Origin: an uncultured virus (IMG/VR IMGVR_UViG_3300021093_000048)
Lineage: Duplodnaviria > Heunggongvirae > Uroviricota > Caudoviricetes
Strand: one strand, 5' to 3'
Virus record (IMG/VR): IMGVR_UViG_3300021093_000048
DNA: 64,000 bases
The notes under the pieces are model-generated. The model was not told where the DNA came from. It saw only the letters and a list, made by a program, of their open reading frames with translations, and ran no database searches. Shown here piece after piece: positions 36,563 through 46,600 of the stretch; within the stretch, counting starts at the first letter, position 1; the number at the start of each line of letters is the position of its first letter. The position numbers were made by a program, and so were the translations under genes.

Positions 36563-38095
36563 TTAAAACTCGATTACGATTTTGATATCTTCTATTTGGT
36601 CATTAGCGCGGCCGATAGCGCGTCTGTTATCTATATAGATAATTTGTCCAGTGTTGGATCTGATCTCTGGTTTTGCATATCCAGTATTAAATTTCATTCC
36701 CAAGTCATACTCTGTATTATTGATGGTTCTTGTAGAAGTATTGGGAACTGATGGGAAATTAACATCTGGTTGTCCAGCTGCACCAGAAGTAGCACCACTT
36801 ACAACGTTTGATCCATCAAATTCATTCAGAGTACCAGTAACTTCTGGAAAAATACCATCAACAGAATTTTGATAGTATTTTAAAACCTTAGTAATTGGAT
36901 TCCAAGAAATTACTCTTCCACGAGCAGTAACCGAGGTGCCCCCAACAACTCTATTTTGAGCAATAACTTCATCTGGAACGTAATTTCCTTGAAAAGTTGG
37001 AGAAAAAATTACAGCCCTTGTCCCAGATACTGTTAGATCTGCAATTAATTCATCAGTACCAAATTTTTTGGGATTAGTAACAAGACCAATTCTTCTGTAG
37101 TCATTATCAATTGGAAAATCTCCAGCACCTTCATCATAAGACAATTTACTATTCACCATCACACGATATGCACCCAATTCAACTGTTGAATCATATCCAT
37201 GCCCATTTGGAGGAGGAATGATTACATCAACCTGTGATCCAGTTCCAGTGCCAATGCCAGCAATATTATCAATACCAATTTTACCAAAGGTATAATTAAT
37301 ACCACCTGAAGTTACCGTAGCAGAAATAATCTTACCACCATCAACAACAATAGAAGCTCGGCCGCCAGTACCATCTCCATTGATGGGGACATTATCATAA
37401 GTGCCATTATTATATCCAGATCCAGCAGAATTGATTACAACAGTATCAATTTCTCCACTAACTGCATTTGTTTTTACAGCATCATTTGTAAATACTGGCA
37501 TGTAATCATTGGAGAAAAACTTCAAAACTGAAGCAACTGGAATTGTGTAAAGATACTTCCAACGATATCCATCTGCTGTTGTAATAACTGCTGTAGATGT
37601 GCCAGTTGGCTCAACGGTAGATGGTTTTCCATTTGGATCAGATGGTGAGGTGCCATTGTAAATGCACTTATAAACTTGATACTGAGAGTTTACAACGTAG
37701 AAATCCGAGTCATATAATTTTGTAGCACCAGAAGAAGCGGTTTTACTGGGAGAATAATCATGACGATACATGTCATAAGTATAACCCAAACCACCCGTTG
37801 TTTGCTCAGGTGGAGTCCAGTCGATTCTTCTAATAACTTGTATTGTGTCAGAAGATAAGACACGTTTCATTGAAATTAGATCATCATATGATCCAGAAAA
37901 TTCTTGGAAAGAATCTACAGCTTGTGGGGGAACATTCTCATCATCCCATGGTTGAGGTCTGCCAATAAAAATGTATAAACGGTCTCTTGTTTCTCCTGCA
38001 GCGGCGTCTGTTTGAGTCGGAATAGGACCCTCCAGTGCTTTAATGAATTTTTTCGCAGAAAAAATTCTGAATTGATCAGTAAGTAATGCAGCCAT
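36563..38095 (-). CDS. gp8: Baseplate wedge subunit gp8
   Basis: TDQFRI..A, Y.FIGRP..W, FYVVNSQY.VYKC, DGYRWKYLYTI and C-terminal IYIDNR..I.R..DQ.EDIKIVIEF. Confidence 0.93.
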   Translation of the reverse strand: MAALLTDQFRIFSAKKFIKALEGPIPTQTDAAAGETRDRLYIFIGRPQPWDDENVPPQAVDSFQEFSGSYDDLISMKRVLSSDTIQVIRRIDWTPPEQTTGGLGYTYDMYRHDYSPSKTASSGATKLYDSDFYVVNSQYQVYKCIYNGTSPSDPNGKPSTVEPTGTSTAVITTADGYRWKYLYTIPVASVLKFFSNDYMPVFTNDAVKTNAVSGEIDTVVINSAGSGYNNGTYDNVPINGDGTGGRASIVVDGGKIISATVTSGGINYTFGKIGIDNIAGIGTGTGSQVDVIIPPPNGHGYDSTVELGAYRVMVNSKLSYDEGAGDFPIDNDYRRIGLVTNPKKFGTDELIADLTVSGTRAVIFSPTFQGNYVPDEVIAQNRVVGGTSVTARGRVISWNPITKVLKYYQNSVDGIFPEVTGTLNEFDGSNVVSGATSGAAGQPDVNFPSVPNTSTRTINNTEYDLGMKFNTGYAKPEIRSNTGQIIYIDNRRAIGRANDQIEDIKIVIEF

Positions 38096-38121
38096 TTGTT
38101 AGGTACAATTGTCCTCCTGTT

Positions 38122-38129
38122 TATTTATC
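38122..38129 (-). promoter_or_regulatory. Late promoter GATAAATA for gp8
   Basis: About 27 nt upstream of the gp8 ATG. Confidence 0.7.
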
Positions 38130-38133
38130 AATA

Positions 38134-41100
38134 TTATTGAGATTGAATTTCAGTTACATATTCAATACGTTTAATTCTATACGATGCACCACCATTACCA
38201 AGAATATTTTCACCTCCCAATACTGCTTGCAGTATAGCTCCATATCCAGTTGTATCAGATACATTATTGGTAACTGTAACTTCTGGTTTGTATTCTCCAA
38301 TATTAGTGACATAACCATTTAATCCATATCCACCATTTACGATAGAAATGCTAGATATTTGATCTCCAGCTATAGTCATATTTGCTGTAGATGTTGCTTG
38401 AATGTCACCATTATTTTCAATGGTTATTGTAGGCGGCGCAGTATAGTTGAATCCTGGTTCTTGAATTATAACATCAACTAATGTGCCTCTATCCGAAAAA
38501 CTATAAAAATATCCAGCAATTCCAATATTTGTATTACCAGTATTGAATGGTATTATATTTTGCACTTGTAGTAATCCAGTTGTGGTATTCCAAGAAACTA
38601 CCGTTGCTTTCACACCAGACTCATCACCCGTAACAGTTTCATTAACAGTATAATTTTGTCCATTTCCAAAATTTCCATCCAAGTAAATATTAACAATAGC
38701 TGCATGGGAAATACCTTCACTTAACTGACCAGCTTCCACAATAGTTGCATATTTAAATGGAATTGCCGCGTCTTTAATTTGATCACCAACTTGGAATAGA
38801 GTGGTATTAGTACCTCCAAGTGTCTCTTCAATACCATACAAACTTGAATAGATTCCACCATCTAAACTAATCTGTCCAGCATAATCAGTGTTAGTATTAA
38901 TTAAGTCTGGAATACCATCTCCAGCACCATCTAGTTCATCATCATCCTCAAATTTTTTATCAACCAGGACACTAATTGGAGAGGTTAGTAAAGTTATACT
39001 ACTACCAACTTCAGTAATAACAGTATGTGGTAAAACTGCAAGGGGTGAGGAATCTGCTACTCCTGCATCAAATTGCACGATAGAATCTTCAGTCGATGGG
39101 ATCCCCGCATCAATAAATGCCAGATCATCGACTTGGAATGTCACATATAATTCTTTTGTTTGTGGATTCCAATCATATACTTTCGCAGATTTACTAGTGG
39201 AGTTTTCAATTTTTCTTACAATTCTATCCCCAACATTATACTCATAAAGAGATTTTCCATTGGAATCATTTTGAGTATCGTCTAGGACAACACGTTGATC
39301 ATATCTAAAATTAGTTCCTCTAGTAACACCAGTCAATTTCTGCCTACTCTTTGAGGAATATGTGATTATTTCATTATTCAAACGGATTGTGCCAGATCCA
39401 GGGAGAGAATTTGTCGAATTGACATAAATCGTTCCTTGACTTGAAGTAACCGACTGTAGGAGTCCAATAAGAAATGCAGATTTGGAATTAAAAGACTGAC
39501 GAGTCCTAATCTTTCTCTTTAGAGAAACTAGTTTGGTAAATACAACTTGCGGTAGAGATATATATCCAACACCAGGATCTGTCACTGTAATTTCAGTTAC
39601 TTTTCCCTGTGATACTGTTGCAATAGCTTTAGCGCCAATTCCTCCGCCTCCAGTGATTAGGACATATGGGGGATCTTGATAATATTCTCCAGGATCATTT
39701 ACACTAATACTGGTAACTTTTCCAGTTGTATCTATTTTGGCACTACCTCTTGCCCCAGTACCATTTCCCCCACCTTCAAAAATGATTGTTGGGGGTGTGG
39801 CATAATTTTGCCCCCTATTCAACAAGGATAAACCAGTAACACTTTGGACAGCTGGTGTGACTTTAGCACCAGTTCCTTCTCCACCAAGCACTTGAGCTGT
39901 TGTTGATCCAAAATAGGCATCACCAGGACGTTTCATAGTGATGTAATCAACACCACCAGTGTCATCAAGAATTACTTTTGCTGCTGCACCATTAGCAAAT
40001 TCCACTGGTAAATTGGTAACCTCATCACCTTCAAATATAGGTGCCCCATAAAATTTTGGTCCTATATTATAGGGATATGTTGGATCTCCAGATACATTCT
40101 CAGTTAGAAAGTAAGCATATGTTCCATTTGGATATTCTGGTGTTGGACCATATTTACCGTTGAATTCATCCAAATCTCCAACAGTAGCATCAAAAATATA
40201 GTCTTCAACAAAGTCACCTAAAGCATATCCTTCTTGAACTGAGCGTAATCCCAGACCAGGAGTAGTATATGCAAAAATATATAATACAGATGAAGAATCT
40301 ACAGTTGGTATAATCTGAATTTTTCTTACAGATGCTCCATTAAATCCAGATAGATATTGGGAATATGTAACTTCATCTCCATCTAGATAATATACAATTC
40401 CATCAGTATATAGATAGTCTAAATTTCCTATTATTGGTGGAGATCCAACATGCCACCCATCTTCAGTAGTAGAAAATAGTAAAAACTCACTATCGTTTGA
40501 TGAATCACTTTGATCAAAAGTATATGTTGCACCTCGATCTAAAGTAATAAATTCTAATAAATCTCCATCAATATAAAAACGATTATTGGAAACTGTTACT
40601 TCATACTCAATATCAAGTAAATCATTGGATATTCTTGGTCTAGTAGCAAATACTTCCAAACCTACTCTAAATCTATACGATGGAGATAATTTTTTAATTA
40701 CTCCAGATTCGTCTCGTCCCCATGGACCGTATATTGGATATCCATCAAAAGACATTCCCACAATTTTAGAATGTCCATCTGGATGTCTTGAATAGTCTGG
40801 CGATAAATTGGAGATATAGTATGTTGATACATAATAATCATTAATTATTGGACTAGTGTCTGGATCTGGGTCCAATGACATATAACCTTCATCACCAGTA
40901 TATCCAGACATATATGGATGATGTGCACAGTAATAGTAAACTGGTCCCGTTTCACCAGCAACCATTGTGAAAATTGGTTTAAAAGTTTGCTCATAATCAG
41001 CAACGGGAACACCATCAGGATTAGTCGTATATACTTCTCCTGGAATTGGATTATTTGGACCTTCTGGAGTTTTACTAAACTCCATTGGATGACCACTATG

Positions 41101-42330
41101 ATGATCATCATGATGATCTCCTGTGTCTTGTGCATTAGATGGATGACTTTGATTCCAAATTATCTGGTAACCAGACTTTAGTTTGATGTCTGATGGTGCA
41201 AGATAGAACTTATTGTTTTCAAAATTACCAAATTCTTCAGCTTCATCTTGAAAATTTATATAAAATAATCCTTCTGGAAAAGCAATTGGATGATCAGAAA
41301 TTTTGAAAAAGAATCCATTAATACCACGGGCACTATCATTTTTTAAAAATATACCCTGTACATTTCTTAAATATAATCTAATTATTTGATTTTGATTATT
41401 TTTGATAATTTTAGCAACTTCAGCACTTGCATTTTTGCCGACAAGATTAAATGTGCTACCAATTGAAATTGCACCAACACTCTGATCAACGTTAGTTACA
41501 CTGACCATAATGTTATCGAATTCTACTTTTATCAACCACTCAAAAGGTTGAATGAATCCATTTTCAAAAACACCATTAGTTTCTCTAAATTGAGTTATTA
41601 ATTTACTGCTTTGATGAAAATATGTTTGATCTTCTATAACACCGTCATATTCATCTTGAGTGAGGAGATAGTTATGCTTTACAGTATCAACATTAAAGTT
41701 GACTGGAGTATCACCAAAACTTCCAAAATTTGGTGTGTGTAGTAAAACTCCATTTGCTAAAATGCCTACGGATTTATCTCTTTGGTCTAATCGATCATCT
41801 GGATTGGATGGTACATTTTTCCCACCTCTATAAATGAAAGTTTGATTAAATTCTCTATCTTCTAATACTCTATCATCTTCATCGTTTGATCTTTGAGCAC
41901 CATCAGCAATATCGGCTGGTTTAGGATCATTATCACTTAAAATGGTTAGTCTATCTGTCAATTTTTGATCGACTTCATCAAACTCTGCAGATGTTATAGA
42001 ATTTGGATGTGATTGCCATATGCGATTAATATCAAAAGTATTAACAACATCTGGTGTATCTGAAAGTGGGGTAATAACTATTCTTAATGGATCATACCCC
42101 AACCCAGATTCCAATACTCGCACATGAGTAATTTTTCCAGAATCTGCATCTATAATTGGATACAAAACAGCTTCTTCAATAGGCACTCCACATCCAGTGA
42201 TGGTCAATTTTGGTGGATCTAATGGATCATATTCCGATCCGCCATCCACAATTTTAATGGATTTTACACCAAATACTTCATTGAAGATTGGCTCAATTAC
42301 AGCTCCAGATCCAGGTATAACTCTTGCCAT
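38134..42330 (-). CDS. Baseplate-region structural protein with a split YHYH-type domain, cupredoxin-like inserts and GxGY beta repeats (1398 aa)
   Basis: GILANGV, HSKIVGMSFDGYPIYGP and DLDEFNG...TPEYPNGTYAYF motifs; HP...YYYCAHHPYM; G.GY...P.V.I.GGGG.GA repeats. Confidence 0.8.
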   Translation of the reverse strand: MARVIPGSGAVIEPIFNEVFGVKSIKIVDGGSEYDPLDPPKLTITGCGVPIEEAVLYPIIDADSGKITHVRVLESGLGYDPLRIVITPLSDTPDVVNTFDINRIWQSHPNSITSAEFDEVDQKLTDRLTILSDNDPKPADIADGAQRSNDEDDRVLEDREFNQTFIYRGGKNVPSNPDDRLDQRDKSVGILANGVLLHTPNFGSFGDTPVNFNVDTVKHNYLLTQDEYDGVIEDQTYFHQSSKLITQFRETNGVFENGFIQPFEWLIKVEFDNIMVSVTNVDQSVGAISIGSTFNLVGKNASAEVAKIIKNNQNQIIRLYLRNVQGIFLKNDSARGINGFFFKISDHPIAFPEGLFYINFQDEAEEFGNFENNKFYLAPSDIKLKSGYQIIWNQSHPSNAQDTGDHHDDHHSGHPMEFSKTPEGPNNPIPGEVYTTNPDGVPVADYEQTFKPIFTMVAGETGPVYYYCAHHPYMSGYTGDEGYMSLDPDPDTSPIINDYYVSTYYISNLSPDYSRHPDGHSKIVGMSFDGYPIYGPWGRDESGVIKKLSPSYRFRVGLEVFATRPRISNDLLDIEYEVTVSNNRFYIDGDLLEFITLDRGATYTFDQSDSSNDSEFLLFSTTEDGWHVGSPPIIGNLDYLYTDGIVYYLDGDEVTYSQYLSGFNGASVRKIQIIPTVDSSSVLYIFAYTTPGLGLRSVQEGYALGDFVEDYIFDATVGDLDEFNGKYGPTPEYPNGTYAYFLTENVSGDPTYPYNIGPKFYGAPIFEGDEVTNLPVEFANGAAAKVILDDTGGVDYITMKRPGDAYFGSTTAQVLGGEGTGAKVTPAVQSVTGLSLLNRGQNYATPPTIIFEGGGNGTGARGSAKIDTTGKVTSISVNDPGEYYQDPPYVLITGGGGIGAKAIATVSQGKVTEITVTDPGVGYISLPQVVFTKLVSLKRKIRTRQSFNSKSAFLIGLLQSVTSSQGTIYVNSTNSLPGSGTIRLNNEIITYSSKSRQKLTGVTRGTNFRYDQRVVLDDTQNDSNGKSLYEYNVGDRIVRKIENSTSKSAKVYDWNPQTKELYVTFQVDDLAFIDAGIPSTEDSIVQFDAGVADSSPLAVLPHTVITEVGSSITLLTSPISVLVDKKFEDDDELDGAGDGIPDLINTNTDYAGQISLDGGIYSSLYGIEETLGGTNTTLFQVGDQIKDAAIPFKYATIVEAGQLSEGISHAAIVNIYLDGNFGNGQNYTVNETVTGDESGVKATVVSWNTTTGLLQVQNIIPFNTGNTNIGIAGYFYSFSDRGTLVDVIIQEPGFNYTAPPTITIENNGDIQATSTANMTIAGDQISSISIVNGGYGLNGYVTNIGEYKPEVTVTNNVSDTTGYGAILQAVLGGENILGNGGASYRIKRIEYVTEIQSQ

Positions 42331-42340
42331 TTATATTATA

Positions 42341-43576
42341 TTATTGTACTACGTTGATTGTGCCATTCATCAATGAATGAATAGTGCATTGATAATATAG
42401 AGTTGCTGGTGAATCCATTGGCACAGTCCAGTATAAAACATTCGTGCCAGATCCAGATTGCCCCGTTGTATATGGCACTCCATTTAAACCTTGAGTTGAC
42501 TGTATTCTAAATGGATGTGCGCCACCATTTGTAGAATTATCAAATGCATAGGTAAATCCTCTATGTACATAAATTGTTGGATCCTCCGTTGGCGCAGAAA
42601 ATCCTGGTCCACTAAAAGTGTAATGATTGCTTAGTGATGCTGATAAGTCCCACCAAATCATTGGACTACGACTTACAACCCAATCAGTCCCATTCCAATA
42701 TAAATTGTCTCCTTGAGCAGGAGTTGTAATAGCAACATCATTTAGAGAATTAAATGTAGAAATAATAGTGCCATCAAAATTGATTGTTAACGTATCACCA
42801 CTGATTATGGTTGCAATACTAGTGCCGCCAGTAATCGTTAGTGTATCAGTTGGAGTATTAGCAGTTGTAGATCCGCTATCTGCAGCAACAGTTGCAAATA
42901 CATTAACAGAACCAACACCAGCATTATCAGCGGCGGGAGCCCAATTACTGCCACTCCATTTTAAAACTTGGCCAGTAGTAGGTGCGGCCGTGACAGTATC
43001 AACATCTTTAAGAAGATTGATACTTGAATATTCTGTTAAAACTTTAGCTTTTACATTTCCAACGCCACCACTAGTAATATTAATGTTTACATATGGATTA
43101 TCGTCCCCACTAACTGTATAAAAGTATCCCCTATAAGCAACACCTGTTCCTGTTGCTGGTGGAGCAGCTGCTAGTGATGCGTATTCGTTTCTATATTTTA
43201 CCTTTGTTGGAAAATCAATTATTGCACCAGTGGTGCCACCAAAAGAGCTTGTTACACCTCCGTGTATAATTGATAATCCACCAGTACCAGCTGGATCGAT
43301 GGTAACACTATTATTTCCAGTGGATGTAATTAATCTATTATTAGTATCTAAGTTTGCAGTCAATTGGGAAAAATCGGTTGCAACAAATGAAGATCCATTA
43401 TATCTCAATACTTGACCAGTAGCTGCACTAGTAACGCTCACCTGTAAGGTTGATCCATTTCCAAGAGCAGTATACAATTCGTCAAAGTTTGAATTCCATT
43501 TAGAAGCACCAGCACGAAGAGTATCTCCAGTGTTGTCATTTGCTGTAGTGCCAATACCAACTAGTTGCTTAGCCAT
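42341..43576 (-). CDS. gp9/gp10-like baseplate fibre or connector protein with a C-terminal cupredoxin-like domain (411 aa)
   Basis: N-terminal KQL..IG..AND.TGDTLR.G..K.N.NFDELY..LG as in T4 gp9/gp10, L.DV.....GQVL.W.G..W fibre repeats, and C-terminal HPF...LYYQCTIHSLM. Confidence 0.78.
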   Translation of the reverse strand: MAKQLVGIGTTANDNTGDTLRAGASKWNSNFDELYTALGNGSTLQVSVTSAATGQVLRYNGSSFVATDFSQLTANLDTNNRLITSTGNNSVTIDPAGTGGLSIIHGGVTSSFGGTTGAIIDFPTKVKYRNEYASLAAAPPATGTGVAYRGYFYTVSGDDNPYVNINITSGGVGNVKAKVLTEYSSINLLKDVDTVTAAPTTGQVLKWSGSNWAPAADNAGVGSVNVFATVAADSGSTTANTPTDTLTITGGTSIATIISGDTLTINFDGTIISTFNSLNDVAITTPAQGDNLYWNGTDWVVSRSPMIWWDLSASLSNHYTFSGPGFSAPTEDPTIYVHRGFTYAFDNSTNGGAHPFRIQSTQGLNGVPYTTGQSGSGTNVLYWTVPMDSPATLYYQCTIHSLMNGTINVVQ

Positions 43577-43595
43577 TGATTTTAAACTTTTTAGT

Positions 43596-43603
43596 TATTT
43601 ATG
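43596..43603 (-). promoter_or_regulatory. Late promoter CATAAATA
   Basis: About 20 nt upstream of the ATG at 43576. Confidence 0.72.
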
Positions 43604-43613
43604 GTGTTTAAAT

Positions 43614-46600
43614 TTATCTAATTTCTGGTGGATAATCATTTGGATCTGGTGAAACCCAATCATCATCTACCAGAGTTTCGATCACAACGGATGGATTTTG
43701 ATATCCAGTCCCAGATTCAACAACAGATATACCAGAAACACCAACCAGTGCTTTAATCTCTGCTTCAAATCCAGTGATAGAATCGATTCTAACTGTTGGT
43801 CTAGAAGTGTAACCAGATCCACCAGCAGTTATAGTTGCATTGGAAATATATCCAGAAGTTAAATTACATGTAGCTTGAGCACCCTTACCAAATATAGATC
43901 CAAGATAATCAAATGTTATCAAAGAGTTTGATGATTCAATAACTGCAACTTCTCTGTCTGTAGTTTCTCCTTGGATACTGATAAAATCTCCAGCCTCAAT
44001 AGGTGGTACAACTTCTGCAGCATCCACATCAGCTTCAGATCCAACATAAGAGAATGCAACAAAAGTAGATCCAACACGAGGTATTTCTGTAAAGATGATT
44101 CTAGAACCAACAATTTCAAATCCAACTCCAGGTTCTTGAATAACACCATTAACTGAAACTATAATATTATTTTCTGGTTTAATAGAAGTTGATTGGATAC
44201 CTTCGGTAAGAGTTAGTGAATAGAAAATTCCATTTCTCTTCAAGTTAAACGATTGTCTCAATGAATCAAATTCTGAAGAAATATCATCTAACTGTCTCAA
44301 CTTACCCACATAGAATCCCGTGAAGGAGGATCCCAATGATGGGGGCTCGGTAAACTGTATTTTATCGGAAAATGCAGTAAATGCATTTGTTGCTCCAGGT
44401 GGTTGCAATGTGCCATTAATGAATATTAAGAGATGCCCAGCAGGATCTGGGAAGTATTGCTCACCATTACCAAATGTTAGATCAAATGTAGTTTGCACTC
44501 CATCAAATCCTCTAGTTGCACGTTTGACCCTACCCTTGACTTCTATACGATCTAAAATACCAGCAACATAATTTCTAGCAATTATACCATCTCTAAGTGT
44601 GATTTCTCCAATTACATTCGATAGGAATAATCTTTGACTTGTGCCAATTGTAATAATATTTTCCACTAGCGCAGATCCAGTTGCAGGATTTACAACAACT
44701 GTAGAAATTGATGCTTGTCCAATAGCAAAATTTTGAAGACCATAATACACAATAGTATCACCATTTGATAGTGATCCATTTATAGGATAAATGTAAAGAT
44801 AGTTATTAATCAAATCAACTTCTGTGATTAGAGCAGTATTATTAATATCCTGCACTCCATTTGTAAGTTTATAGATTATTCCACCTTCAGCAAATTCATT
44901 CAGCGTACCAGTTATGTTGATACCGATTCTATTATGACCATTTGAAATTATTCTGTCTCCAACTTCTATAGAAGTACCAGAAATATAAGCAGTATCAATA
45001 TATAATCTTGTATTTTCTGCGTAAACAACGGCAGTTTTTTCAAATTCTCCAACTAAAGATTCTGTATCAACTTCAATTCTACCACCAGTATTATCTAAGG
45101 CAGCGGCTTCATTTCTATTTAAATTAACAACTTGTGCAGTTGCATTTGAAGTATAACCTTCAAATATCTGACCATCTTCAAAATCACCCAGTAACTCAAT
45201 AATGTGTAATCTATTTTCAATTTGATCCATTGAGCAAGTTGTGCCATTTTCATCACCAACTAAAATACTACCAATTGTAAATGGTAATGTACCAGTTGAT
45301 ATAACATCAATATACGAAATATCATTATCATCGGTGTGGAATCCATATACAACACCAAATACTGTTGAGGTTGCTCCTTGTTTTCTAACAATTTCATTCA
45401 TTGTAAATGGACCATCTTCAATGTCACCATCAATTCTGAATCTTTGATATACTTTGGCAATTTTTGCCTCATTTAAGGAAATTGCTCCAATTTCAGCATA
45501 ATTATTTGCAGATAATGCATAAACGTTATCTCCACCAACCACTTCGCCACCAAGAGGTACTGTAATATCTCTAATTCCATAAGTCGAATTTGGCACATCA
45601 ATTCCACTAATAGAATTAATATTAGTATAGTAATCACTATCAGAAAGTTGATTGACAATTATTGATATGCAATTTCTAACTATTCTATGAATTGAATATG
45701 AATCATAGTAAGATAACCAACCAGCATTTGTATAGGATAAGAATCCAGCAAATGTTGAAGGAGATGGTAGATTTTGAAGAAGTGTATTTAGCGATAGATC
45801 CTCAAGGAGCGTCAATGCATACTTTTTAATATTATATTCTTTATTTACAAATAATTTTTGACCAGACACTGCCTGATAACCATCAACTGCATTGATATTA
45901 ATCTTAGATCCCCAAATAAAGAATCCACTTGTAGTATTTCCTGCAAAGCTCAAACTACCAGCAGGGTTTTTAAACGCAATGTGTGCTCTAATATTACTAT
46001 ATCCATAAGGAATAGATGCCGTTATATAAATTCTATACCATCCATTTCCATATGGAAGCATAGCATGAGAAACATTGCTAAATGTGGAATTAGTAAAGAA
46101 GTTTTCGACAACTCCTGTAGAAACATTTACATCAAGTCGCAATGAAGGAGTTGCAGCAGTATCTACCCTATATGATAATCTAAGTCTCCCATATCCATTA
46201 GCTTTTACAAAGTATGATATTGTAAATTGTTGAGTTGTTGTGGTTGAATTTGGACCATTATCATATCTGAGTGTTTCATTATCAAATCTCACTCCATTGC
46301 TATCATAAGTTTCAAAAGATGTTATATTATATTGCCTATAAACTTCATGCACACCATTAGTTGAGGTTGGTTTGAAACTAATTGCAGTATTAGTACCATC
46401 TGGTGCTAAAGAATTATTATTTAATATTGTATTATTAGTGCTTACCCACGATGTAGCATTATAAAATTCAGAATTAGTAACTAAGTTAGTAGAGAAAGTT
46501 TCACTTTCAACTAAATTTGTAAGATTTTTTGCAGTATTAATACTTTGAATATTTGCAATATTGGTAAACCATTTAAATGCCGCACCAACACCGCCAGTAG

